A stretch of 64,000 bases of DNA from the sequence record SRR20825019_1681; one strand, 5' to 3'. Made by a program: the position numbers and the translations under genes. Numbering within the stretch: position 1 is the stretch's first letter; each line of letters starts with the position of its first letter. The notes below the pieces were generated by a model. The model was not told the origin of the DNA. It saw only the letters and a list, made by a program, of their open reading frames with translations, and did not search any database. This document shows, one piece after another, positions 30,225-39,650 of this stretch.

Positions 30225-31172
30225 ATGTCCATTTTTTCAAAGTCATATCTTTTTTGTCTTGCTTTCGCCTTCTTCCCTTTGGCATTCGTCCAAGGTCAAA
30301 CAAAAGTGGCAATCACCATTGACGACGTTCCAAATACACGTCTGTTCGAAAAGGATCGTTATCGTTCTGAGCTTCTAGAGCTATTGATTTCTCACTCCAT
30401 TCCTGCCACCATTTTCGTGAATGAAGGTCAACTCTATAAAACTTCTTCTTTTGAAGAAAATTTAATCTTACTTGAAAACTGGTCAAGTGCTGAACTCATT
30501 TCATTGGGAAATCACAGTTTTAGTCATGCGCGTTATTCAGAGGTTGGGTTGGACTCCTTCATTGTTGAAATCGATTCTGGAGAACATTATTTGCGCTATT
30601 TCGCTGAGAATAATAAAAAGCCCCTTAATTATTTTCGTTTTCCATTTAATGATCTGGGTGGCGATTCTCTTCAACATGTTCAAATAGACAGCGTTCTAGC
30701 CAAAAGAGGATATCTGAGCATTCCATTTACTGTGGAAAGTTCCGACTGGATGTTCAACTACATCTACGAACACTACCTAAGTAAAGGAGATTCTGTAAAA
30801 GCAAGAGAAACAGGCGAATTATATGTTTCAAAAACACTTGATTTCTTTCACTTTTTCGACTCTCTTTCTCAAGAGAACAATGGCAGAATAATGGATCATA
30901 TTTATTTATGTCACGACAATGCTTTAAATACGGATTATCTCGCCCTACTTACTGAACAACTGCAGAAGCAAGGATATGCGTTTGCTACACTAGATCAGGT
31001 TTTACAGGATCCTGCCTATATTCAAGAAGATACATACTACAAAAAATGGGGCATTTCTTGGTTGTATCGTTGGATGAGCAATCAAAAAGAACGTGTATAC
31101 TGGATGAATCGAGAACCGAGCATGTTAGACATAGAACAACTGTTCAACGAGCTTCAGGGATCCTCTAATTAG
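30225..31172 (+). CDS. Secreted polysaccharide deacetylase (NodB/CE4-like)
   Basis: AITIDDVP, LGNHSFSH, FRFPF and LCHD motifs; signal peptide. Confidence 0.88.
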   Translation: MSIFSKSYLFCLAFAFFPLAFVQGQTKVAITIDDVPNTRLFEKDRYRSELLELLISHSIPATIFVNEGQLYKTSSFEENLILLENWSSAELISLGNHSFSHARYSEVGLDSFIVEIDSGEHYLRYFAENNKKPLNYFRFPFNDLGGDSLQHVQIDSVLAKRGYLSIPFTVESSDWMFNYIYEHYLSKGDSVKARETGELYVSKTLDFFHFFDSLSQENNGRIMDHIYLCHDNALNTDYLALLTEQLQKQGYAFATLDQVLQDPAYIQEDTYYKKWGISWLYRWMSNQKERVYWMNREPSMLDIEQLFNELQGSSN

Positions 31173-31179
31173 GTTTTCT

Positions 31180-34100
31180 CTAGTCTTTATATTCGTTGCG
31201 CTCCAAACGATCAATAACTTCTTGCAAGTTCATCGCCTTCTTTGGATCTCTTGTTGTTTTTGACGTCTCGGTAAAGTAACTGTGACTTCTCAAAAAGTTC
31301 ACTTGGATTTCATCCCATTGCCTATCACTTTGAATCTTTCCGTGCTCTTTTAGTTCTCTACGAAGTTTATCGGCGATCTCATGGAAATCATCGCGACCCA
31401 AATAATCCAAGTCTGCATCACACATGATTTCTTCGAGATTATTCTTTGGCTTGTGTGGAATTGAGGTAACGAAAATAAGTTCTTTGATCCGTTCAATGTG
31501 TTTTTCGGTGTAGCCGTATTTTGGGAGAATTTCTTCAGCCAATCGCGCTCCGACAGGTTCGTTTTTATCGTATTGCTCCACAAATCCTGCGTCGTGATAA
31601 GTTGCTGCAGATTTCAATAGAAATAGACCTTCATCCGTTACGTTTTCCAAAAGCGCCAATCGCTCGATGGCTTTAACAACATCCTTCGTGTGTGCAATAC
31701 TGTGATAATGCAATTGTTTCGAAAGTTGTTGCTCTAGCACGCGCATAATGTGTCGCTCTGCCTTGTAATAGTTGATTGAACTAAATAAGTGAAGGTCGAC
31801 AACTTGCTTAAATCGCTGATTTGGGAACACGCCTTCTCCGCCTACTGAAAGCTCAGGTTTGATTCCGTTTACAACATACATGTCGATTAACCCTCGGCTC
31901 TTCGATTGTGCTTTTCCCTTAAATGTACAGTCGAAATAGGGTTCAATATGCTCAAATGTAGTCCCTGTGATCGTCACTTTTCCAGGTTCGCTGAGCATTT
32001 CCATTCGCTGAGCTTGGTTTACTGTAGACCCCCAAATATCAAATGCCAAACGTTCACTCCCGATAACACCCGCAGTTACTTCACCTGTATTAATTCCCAA
32101 ACGCAACTCCCAAAACTCCACGCCATTTGCGAGCGCTTCATTCTTACGTCTAAACATATAGTCCTGAATTTGTACAGCAGCAAGGCATGTGTCAATAGGA
32201 TTCGAACTATTCCTCACAGGAACACCTCCAGCACACATATATGCGTCTCCAATCGTTTTTATCTTTTCGAGGTTGTTTCGGACAATAATTCTATCAAATT
32301 CCGTGAAGTAAACATCTAGTTTCTTTACCAGTTCTGTAGGATTGAGTCGGTCTGAAATTTTAGTAAACCCAACGAAATCTGTAAATAAAACTGACACCGT
32401 TTTATATGCTCTTGCCCGTGCCTTTCCTTTTTTCTTCAACTCTTCAGCTGTTGATTCTGGAATTATATTTCTGAGTAGCTTTTCCGTCTTGTCTTTCTCA
32501 ATTTGTAAGAGCTTTTGTTGTTCAACGACTTTGTTTCTCTCTTTCTCGAGTTTAACTTTTTGTCGCTCAATCTTTTCATTTTGAGACTGTATTTCGCGAG
32601 TTCGTTCTCTGATTTTCATCTCGAGTTTAATTCGTTCACGTGCTGCAGCGTCAATTCGTTGGCGGATAAACAGTCGAACCGCAATAAGTCCTGCAACGAT
32701 AAAAATCATCCAAAACCACCACGTTTGCCAAAAAGGAGGCGTAATAATAATGTCCATTGTTGCTGGAATCGAGTTCCACTCACCTTCTCCATATCTTGCA
32801 TAGAGAATCAATTTGTATTCTCCAGGAGCAAGTGCATCAAATCGAACCTCATCATTTGAACCAAGTAAAATCTCTCCTTGATCAGAACCTTCCAATAAAT
32901 ACTTATAATTCACCAGTGATGAATTTGCTAACGTGGACGGCTGAAATTTCAGTGTAAAACTTCTATTTATATAACTCAGTGTTATTTCCTTCGTTAAAAA
33001 AATTGGTTGTGTTAACGGAGATCCCTTATCATTTGGTTTCAACCATTCATTTTCCAATTTGAACTTGGTAAACACAATTTGGATATCTTGCTCAACTTGC
33101 TCTAAATTCGCTGGGTTGAAATAATTATACCCATAAATTCCTCCGAAATAAAACGTTCCATTGGTCGACTTGAAAAACGCACCAAGGTTAAACTCATTAC
33201 TCATGAGTCCATTTATTTCTGTGTAATTTTTTGTGTTTCCTGATTTTGGATTAAACGCGCACAATCCTCTATTGGTACTCAACCATAAATCACCTGATTT
33301 ATCTGCTAAAATTCCATAGATCACGTTATTTGGTAGTCCGTGAGCTTTGCTGTACGCTGATCCTTTTCCTGTTTTTTCATCCCAACGAATCAATCCTGAA
33401 CCTAACGTTCCAAGCCAAAAAACGCCGTTTTTATCATCATAAATCGTTGTGATGTAATCTTGCGTGAGTTTCGAAATTTCCTTATTGAATTCGTAAGGAG
33501 AAATAACGTACTTTCCACCCTTTTCTTCAAAAAGATTGAGTCCTCCTGTGCTTGTTGAAAGCCAAATTCTCCCTCTTCTGTCTCTGTATGCTAGCCTGCA
33601 AATTCCCTTTGAAATAGTTTCTTTGGGCAGTTTTGGGTCGTGCTCAAACGCCTGAATTTTCTTCGTTACTAAGTCATAAATTAACGCACCTCCTTTTGTT
33701 GCAATTAAATAACTGTTCTCCTTGAGTTTTAGAATTGAGTATGCGCGATCGTGTTTCGCATCCATTTTGGGAGATTCATACTTAATTCGTTTAAAGTTAT
33801 ACCCTTCCTCTCCTATTGATAACTCAAAAATTCCGTCTACACACGCCAATAAAATAAGATGATCTGTAACCGGCTCTATGGAAAGAATGGTTGTTTCATT
33901 TGAGTTTTGACCGGCTTTTTTTTCTCGGTAAAATTGCTTGAATTCGCCCTTTTGTTTGTCATACCTAGAAACTGCTTTACTTGTTCCTACATATAAATAG
34001 TTCCCTTTCTTACTTTCTGCAAAACACCAAACAATCGGTGTTGGAATTCCAGATGATTCATTCCCACTTGGACCAACTCCCAAAAAACCTTTGCTCGAAG

Positions 34101-35055
34101 GGTCAAAAAATGAAATGCCTCGCTGAGAACCTAACCAAAAAGAGCCTGAATTATCGCGATACAACACATTGAGTTCATCACTAAGTAATGCTGTTTTCTG
34201 GAAAATATCTTCCGAATAATGATCGTATTGACCTCCATCTCTGAGAACGTAAAGACCACTGCTTCTGGTTGCGATTAACCATCCTTCGTGAGTTTGGTAT
34301 ACATCAACTGCGTTTAGCTGTCCCGCATTTGCTTCTAGCTCCTCGAATTTTAATTTTACTTCTTTTGTTCGTATATTAATTGCGTAAACGCCTTGTTTCG
34401 TTGCAAGGATGAGCTCGTCTTCCCCGTTTAAAATCATTTTATTTACCTCTGGTAACGAACGAAACTGGACCGTTTTTTTTGTTTTGATATTATATAAAAA
34501 CACTCCTTGATCAAGCGTTGAAATTGCCACCAAACTTGTGTTCAAGACAAGTACGCCATTCGTTTTTCGAGTAGGTATTCCTGCGAGCTTTGTAAACTTC
34601 GTTGTTTTTGGATTGAATACGAAAACCCCATTTTCAGGTGTTGACAACCAAATTTCTCCTGTTGGTGAAAAAGAAAGTGTTTCTATTTCATAAGATCCTT
34701 CTGACTGAATGAAGAACGTTTGAAATGATTCTGAAAATAAATCGTGCTTTGTAAGTCCATTGTTGGTCCCAAACCAAAGGTTTCCTTTATCATCTATACC
34801 CGAACATTGGATGTATTCACTTTCTAAACCTTCTGTAAGGTCTGAAGTGAACGTTTCAAAACTCTTCCCGTCGTAACGATTTAGTCCATCCTGCGTTCCA
34901 ATCCAAAGGGCATTCAAATTGTCTTGAACTATTGTAGTTGCAGAGCTTTGAGACAAACCATCACTAATCGTGAAGTTTCTAAAACGCAACTCCTTCTGTC
35001 CCCATGTAGGAGCACAGAATAGCAAAAAAAGCAGGTATATTAGGTATTTATTCAT
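31180..35055 (-). CDS. Membrane sensor: beta-propeller (Reg_prop) + Y_Y_Y domain, TM, class III adenylate cyclase and C-terminal HD domain
   Basis: GLSQS..QD..LWIGT.DGL repeats; PPFWQTWWF TM; LFTDFVGFT, KIKTIGDAYM, LRLGINTG, FDIWGSTVN.A.RME; YHS..H, HDAG, CDADL. Confidence 0.9.
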   Translation of the reverse strand: MNKYLIYLLFLLFCAPTWGQKELRFRNFTISDGLSQSSATTIVQDNLNALWIGTQDGLNRYDGKSFETFTSDLTEGLESEYIQCSGIDDKGNLWFGTNNGLTKHDLFSESFQTFFIQSEGSYEIETLSFSPTGEIWLSTPENGVFVFNPKTTKFTKLAGIPTRKTNGVLVLNTSLVAISTLDQGVFLYNIKTKKTVQFRSLPEVNKMILNGEDELILATKQGVYAINIRTKEVKLKFEELEANAGQLNAVDVYQTHEGWLIATRSSGLYVLRDGGQYDHYSEDIFQKTALLSDELNVLYRDNSGSFWLGSQRGISFFDPSSKGFLGVGPSGNESSGIPTPIVWCFAESKKGNYLYVGTSKAVSRYDKQKGEFKQFYREKKAGQNSNETTILSIEPVTDHLILLACVDGIFELSIGEEGYNFKRIKYESPKMDAKHDRAYSILKLKENSYLIATKGGALIYDLVTKKIQAFEHDPKLPKETISKGICRLAYRDRRGRIWLSTSTGGLNLFEEKGGKYVISPYEFNKEISKLTQDYITTIYDDKNGVFWLGTLGSGLIRWDEKTGKGSAYSKAHGLPNNVIYGILADKSGDLWLSTNRGLCAFNPKSGNTKNYTEINGLMSNEFNLGAFFKSTNGTFYFGGIYGYNYFNPANLEQVEQDIQIVFTKFKLENEWLKPNDKGSPLTQPIFLTKEITLSYINRSFTLKFQPSTLANSSLVNYKYLLEGSDQGEILLGSNDEVRFDALAPGEYKLILYARYGEGEWNSIPATMDIIITPPFWQTWWFWMIFIVAGLIAVRLFIRQRIDAAARERIKLEMKIRERTREIQSQNEKIERQKVKLEKERNKVVEQQKLLQIEKDKTEKLLRNIIPESTAEELKKKGKARARAYKTVSVLFTDFVGFTKISDRLNPTELVKKLDVYFTEFDRIIVRNNLEKIKTIGDAYMCAGGVPVRNSSNPIDTCLAAVQIQDYMFRRKNEALANGVEFWELRLGINTGEVTAGVIGSERLAFDIWGSTVNQAQRMEMLSEPGKVTITGTTFEHIEPYFDCTFKGKAQSKSRGLIDMYVVNGIKPELSVGGEGVFPNQRFKQVVDLHLFSSINYYKAERHIMRVLEQQLSKQLHYHSIAHTKDVVKAIERLALLENVTDEGLFLLKSAATYHDAGFVEQYDKNEPVGARLAEEILPKYGYTEKHIERIKELIFVTSIPHKPKNNLEEIMCDADLDYLGRDDFHEIADKLRRELKEHGKIQSDRQWDEIQVNFLRSHSYFTETSKTTRDPKKAMNLQEVIDRLERNEYKD

Positions 35056-35089
35056 TCTTTACGAATCTTAAAATACCAAAAATTTATGC

Positions 35090-35614
35090 TCACGCTTTCG
35101 TTCCTGCCGGTTTTGTTACTTCGGGAGCGATAGAAGCGTTCTCTAAATCGCGATCAAAAAGGTATAAACCTCCCTTGTCATCACCGATTAAGTGCAATTT
35201 ATCTAGAATTGTTCTGGCAAGTGCTTCTTCTTCCAATTGTTCAGAAACATACCATTGAATAAAGTTGTGTGTTGAATAATCCTTCTCTTGAAGACAAATG
35301 TCAACCAATTCATTAATGCTATCCGTTACTTTCATTTCATGCGAAAGTAAAAGTTCGAACACATTGGTGATTGATTGGAATTCTACCGGTGGAACTTCTA
35401 ACCCTGGAATAACTGCTACACCGCCGCGCTCATTTACAAACTTAACGAGTTTCAACATGTGGAACCTTTCCTCATCTGAATGAGTGTATAAAAACTTCGC
35501 TGTACCATTTAATCCTCGGTTTTCTGCCCAAGATGCCATAGCAAGATAAAATTGCGAAGAGGATGCTTCTTTCTTAATTTGATCGTTCAGTGCTTTTTCT
35601 ACTCTTTCCTTCAT
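35090..35614 (-). CDS. ftnA: Non-heme ferritin
   Basis: LNDQI.KE..SS..YLAMA, EE..H and QWYV.EQ.EEE ferroxidase ligands. Confidence 0.93.
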   Translation of the reverse strand: MKERVEKALNDQIKKEASSSQFYLAMASWAENRGLNGTAKFLYTHSDEERFHMLKLVKFVNERGGVAVIPGLEVPPVEFQSITNVFELLLSHEMKVTDSINELVDICLQEKDYSTHNFIQWYVSEQLEEEALARTILDKLHLIGDDKGGLYLFDRDLENASIAPEVTKPAGTKA

Positions 35615-35629
35615 GATGTGCTTTTGTTA

Positions 35630-35637
35630 CAAAGTTA
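35630..35637 (-). promoter_or_regulatory. -7 element (TAACTTTG) for the ferritin gene
   Basis: Exact TAnnTTTG match 15 nt upstream of the ATG. Confidence 0.6.
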
Positions 35638-35708
35638 TCACAAATAGCCGAACTGTTTTCCTGTTTTAGATGGAGAATTATTCTAAATTAAGCGTAGCTT
35701 CGCAATAT

Positions 35709-37838
35709 ATGTCTAAACGAAAAGCTCCAAAATCTAAGTTTAAAAGCAGTTTATCCCACATTATTCGTAAAGTTTTTACCGAAAACCAGGGGTCAACTCT
35801 CAATCATAAACAGGTTTGTGCGTTGATTGATGTAAAGGAAAGTGCCTTAAGAAAATTGGTCTACAGTGTACTTGAGGAACAGGTTAAACTCAACTTCCTA
35901 AAGTCTGTTGGACATGGTTCTTACACTTTAAACGCAAGTGGAAATTTTATCGAAGGAACCCTTCAAATGACAGCTCGCGGAGCTGGTTTTTTGATTCCAG
36001 ATGAAGGAAAAGATGATATTTTCATTCCTCCAGGAAGTTTACAGCAAGCACTTGATGGTGACCGCGTTAAGGTTCAACTCAAGAAACAAGGAAAAGGAAG
36101 ACCAGAAGGATTTGTGATCGACGTCATCGAACGCGAACGAACTCAATTTGTTGGAACGATCCAATTGGAAAAAGATTACGCGTTCCTTATCCCAGATAAT
36201 GCGCGTGTTGGTACAGATATTTACATCCCAAAGGAAAAATTAAAAAAGGCTCAGAACGGAGAAAAGGCATTGGTGAAAATTACCAAGTGGCCAAAAACTG
36301 CTGACAATCCATACGGTGAGGTTATTGAACTTCTCGGTAAAAATGGCGGAAACGACGTTGAGATGATCAGTATTCTGGTAAATCAAGGATTGGAATATAA
36401 ATTTCCTGAGGCAGTAATGTCGCAAGCGGAAACCGTCGGAATGGAATTAGATGATCAGGAAATTGCTCGAAGAAGAGATTTTCGTTCAATTACTACATTT
36501 ACTATTGATCCGCTTGACGCAAAAGATTTTGATGATGCCATCTCCATCCAAAGGTTAGAAAATGGAAATCTTGAAATTGGAATTCACATTGCGGATGTGA
36601 GTCATTATGTTACTCCCGGAAGTCCAATGGATGTGGAGGCGTTAAAAAGATCCAACTCTGTTTATTTGGTCGATCGGGTAATTCCTATGCTTCCTGAGCA
36701 GCTCTCAAATATGGCATGTTCTTTACGTCCCCACGAGGATAAGTATAGTTTCTCTACGGTGGTTGAAATTGACGAGCAAGGAAAGGTGCACAAGGAATGG
36801 TTTGGAAGAACGGTTATTCATTCAGACCGTCGATTTACCTACGAAGAAGCGCAAGAAATCATTGAAGGAAAAGAAGGAGATTTTAGAGAGGAAATCCTTA
36901 TTTTAGATAAAATCGCTAAAATTTTGCGAAAAAGACGCTTAAAAGCGGGAGCGATGAATATTGAGTCGGAGGAAATTAGATTCAAATTAGATGACGAAGG
37001 AATGCCTGCTGAGCTTATGATTAAACGCTCGAAAGATGCACACAAATTAGTCGAAGAGTTCATGCTTTTGGCGAATAGATCCGTTGCTAAATTTGTTTCA
37101 AAACCGCGAAAAGAGCAAACACCGATTCCTTTTGTTTATCGTTGCCATGATAAACCTAGCTTGGAAAAAATTCAGCTTTTTAATTTGTTCATTGAAAAGT
37201 TTGGTTACGAAATTGACTCGTCTAACCCGATGAATATTTCAAAAAATATCAATGCTCTTCTTGACGATATTCGATTGAAAAATGAGTATTCGTTAATTCA
37301 ATCCATGGCCATTCGTTCGATGGCAAAAGCTTCTTACGAGACAATTAACATTGGACACTACGGCTTGGCATTTGAGTTTTATACACACTTCACCTCTCCT
37401 ATTCGGAGATACGCAGACCTTGTTGTTCACCGAATTTTACAGGAAACATTAACAACGAACAAACATCGTTATGGTTCGGACCTAAGTGATATCTGCAAGC
37501 GTATTTCTAGAATGGAAAGAAAGTCTGTTGATGCAGAGCGTGAAAGCACGAAGTATTTCCAAACGTTATTCGTTGTGGATAAAATTGGACAAGAATTCGA
37601 AGGAACTGTATCAGGAATTGCTGAGTTCGGTTTGTTTGTTAAAATGAACGAAAATCAATGTGAGGGAATGATTCCAATCAACGATATTCCTGGCGATCGC
37701 TTCCATTTTGATGCTGATAAATTCATGATTGTCGGCGGGAAAACGAAGAAAACATACAATTTTGGAGACGCTGTTCGCGTAAGGATTTACGAAGTTTCTC
37801 CGAAAAAACGCCAGATTGATTTAGAATTGGTGGTGTAA
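35709..37838 (+). CDS. rnr: Ribonuclease R
   Basis: TIDP.DAKDFDDA, HIADVS, EEFMLLAN, HYGL..YTHFTSPIRRY.D motifs and C-terminal S1 domain. Start likely ATG 35709 (alternative 35670). Confidence 0.96.
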   Translation: MSKRKAPKSKFKSSLSHIIRKVFTENQGSTLNHKQVCALIDVKESALRKLVYSVLEEQVKLNFLKSVGHGSYTLNASGNFIEGTLQMTARGAGFLIPDEGKDDIFIPPGSLQQALDGDRVKVQLKKQGKGRPEGFVIDVIERERTQFVGTIQLEKDYAFLIPDNARVGTDIYIPKEKLKKAQNGEKALVKITKWPKTADNPYGEVIELLGKNGGNDVEMISILVNQGLEYKFPEAVMSQAETVGMELDDQEIARRRDFRSITTFTIDPLDAKDFDDAISIQRLENGNLEIGIHIADVSHYVTPGSPMDVEALKRSNSVYLVDRVIPMLPEQLSNMACSLRPHEDKYSFSTVVEIDEQGKVHKEWFGRTVIHSDRRFTYEEAQEIIEGKEGDFREEILILDKIAKILRKRRLKAGAMNIESEEIRFKLDDEGMPAELMIKRSKDAHKLVEEFMLLANRSVAKFVSKPRKEQTPIPFVYRCHDKPSLEKIQLFNLFIEKFGYEIDSSNPMNISKNINALLDDIRLKNEYSLIQSMAIRSMAKASYETINIGHYGLAFEFYTHFTSPIRRYADLVVHRILQETLTTNKHRYGSDLSDICKRISRMERKSVDAERESTKYFQTLFVVDKIGQEFEGTVSGIAEFGLFVKMNENQCEGMIPINDIPGDRFHFDADKFMIVGGKTKKTYNFGDAVRVRIYEVSPKKRQIDLELVV

Positions 37839-37866
37839 GCTACGTGTTTCTTTTTAAATCTAATTT

Positions 37867-37997
37867 GCTTCGAGCGTTTTCACGGATTTGAAATCCGCGA
37901 AAACTGCAAATCCTGCGCAGCAATTATTGCTCTCGAAGCCACATAAATGAGCTCGTGGATTTGTAATCCGCGAAACTACGGCTCTCGAAACCCGCGA
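37867..37997. repeat. REP-like imperfect palindromes (core GGATTTG[A/T]AATCCGCGA)
   Basis: Hairpins at 37876-37904 and 37953-37973; GCTCTCGAA at 37929 and 37981; between convergent rnr and sulfurtransferase genes. Confidence 0.75.
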
Positions 37998-38006
37998 ACA
38001 GAAAAC

Positions 38007-38849
38007 TTAAACAATCTCTTTTCCGCTTCTGCTCCATTCACTCCAAGATCCAACGTATAGTTTTGGAAATGGAAATCCCGCATACACCATTGCAAGAATT
38101 GTGTGACATGCTGTTACGCCAGAGCCGCAGTGAACGATTAATTGTTCAACTGAGCTCGATCCGAGCTGTTCATTATAAATTTCTTTCAACTTATCTGGTG
38201 AGTGAAAAAGTCCATCTTCATTTAGGTTGAATTTGAACGGAATGTTGATTGCTCCAGGAATATGTCCTGCGATAGCATCAATGGGCTCGTATTCGCCGTT
38301 GTAACGACCTTGTTCTCTTACGTCGACTACTTTATTAGTGTTGTTCACCAAGGCGTGCTCAACTGCTTCTATATCGATTGTTGGTAAACACCATTCATCG
38401 ACCGTATTTTTTATTTGTGTTGGTTGTGGTTCTTCACCTGTGCTTGTCGGAAAATTTAAGCGATGCGCTTCTTGAAGTCCACCGTTCAATACTTGTACTT
38501 TTTGATGACCTATCGCGCGTAGCATCCACCAAAACCGCGCAGCTGCGTTTGCTCCAGCATTTGAATCGTATACCACCACATGACTTTTCGGAGAAATTCC
38601 CAAATTTCCAATGGTTTCACAAAATTCTTGGATCGTTGGTAATGGATGTCTACCGCCTTCAGCAGGATTTTCTTTTGGTGATGAAAGTTGCGAGTTCGCG
38701 TCAATAAACAATGCCCCTTCCAAATGACAATCCAAGTATTTTTTTCTTGCATCGGGAGAATTCGTCGCGTCGATTAATACAACGGAAGTCGTTTTGATTA
38801 ATTCAATTAACTCTGCAACGGATGTGATTGGAGAAACAATTTCGTTCAT
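38007..38849 (-). CDS. Sulfurtransferase (tandem rhodanese, SseA-like)
   Basis: GGRHPLP, AARFWW, LNGG, GHIPGA, CGSGVTAC and YVGSWSEW motifs. Confidence 0.92.
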   Translation of the reverse strand: MNEIVSPITSVAELIELIKTTSVVLIDATNSPDARKKYLDCHLEGALFIDANSQLSSPKENPAEGGRHPLPTIQEFCETIGNLGISPKSHVVVYDSNAGANAAARFWWMLRAIGHQKVQVLNGGLQEAHRLNFPTSTGEEPQPTQIKNTVDEWCLPTIDIEAVEHALVNNTNKVVDVREQGRYNGEYEPIDAIAGHIPGAINIPFKFNLNEDGLFHSPDKLKEIYNEQLGSSSVEQLIVHCGSGVTACHTILAMVYAGFPFPKLYVGSWSEWSRSGKEIV

Positions 38850-38891
38850 CACTTTTCTTGTTTCTTCCTACAGTAAGTTGTTTTATTGTTT

Positions 38892-39650
38892 TTATACGAG
38901 TTTGATTCTATTGTTCAAATCATCTCTGTACGAACCACCGATAGGAATTAGTTTATCCAAGTTCTCCAATGTGAGATTTGGATATTCAATCGTAGAAATT
39001 TTATCCAATCGAACGATGAATGACCTGTGTACACGCACAAAATCATCTTGTCCCATTTTTTGATCCATGTCTTTCATTGTAGAGTGAATCGTATATCGAG
39101 CCTCTAGTGTGTGAATAACCACGTAATCTTTCAATGCTTCGATGTAGTAAATATCCTCGTTTTTGAGTTTCACTAATTTACTATTCGATTTAACGAAAAC
39201 GTATCCTTGTTGATTACCATCTCTGTTTTCAACAAGAGAAAACAACAGATCTCTTTGTTTTACAATTTCCTGTTCTTTTCCGTGCTTGTAAATGGCCATT
39301 TCGATAGTCGTGTGCAAATCTATCTCCTTAAACGGTTTTAAAATATATCCGTAAGGTTCTGTAATTTTTGCTTTCGAAAGAGTTGACTCGTCTGCATAGG
39401 CCGTAAGGAAAATTACCGGAATTGCGCAGTTTTTTCGAATTTGCTCCGCCGCTTCAATTCCATTCATCTCGCCTTTCAGCATAATGTCCATTAAAACAAC
39501 ATCTGGGTTTTCTGACGATGCCATTTCTATTGCTCGCTCTGCAGTAGCAGAAGCACCAACTACATTGTATCCCAATTTCTTCAAACTATGTTGAATGTCC
39601 TTTGATACTATTGATTCATCCTCTACTACGAGTACATTAATTTTTGACAT
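38892..39650 (-). CDS. LytTR-family response regulator
   Basis: Receiver (VVEDE, LMDI, KPF) plus LytTR domain (IYYIEA..DY, FVRVHRSFIV). Confidence 0.92.
   Translation of the reverse strand: MSKINVLVVEDESIVSKDIQHSLKKLGYNVVGASATAERAIEMASSENPDVVLMDIMLKGEMNGIEAAEQIRKNCAIPVIFLTAYADESTLSKAKITEPYGYILKPFKEIDLHTTIEMAIYKHGKEQEIVKQRDLLFSLVENRDGNQQGYVFVKSNSKLVKLKNEDIYYIEALKDYVVIHTLEARYTIHSTMKDMDQKMGQDDFVRVHRSFIVRLDKISTIEYPNLTLENLDKLIPIGGSYRDDLNNRIKLV

Noticed and set aside
31180-35055. Cyclase as a Pycsar/CBASS-like defence system
   Set aside because: It is a membrane sensor-type class III cyclase with adenine-type specificity residues, and no cyclic-nucleotide-binding effector gene is adjacent.
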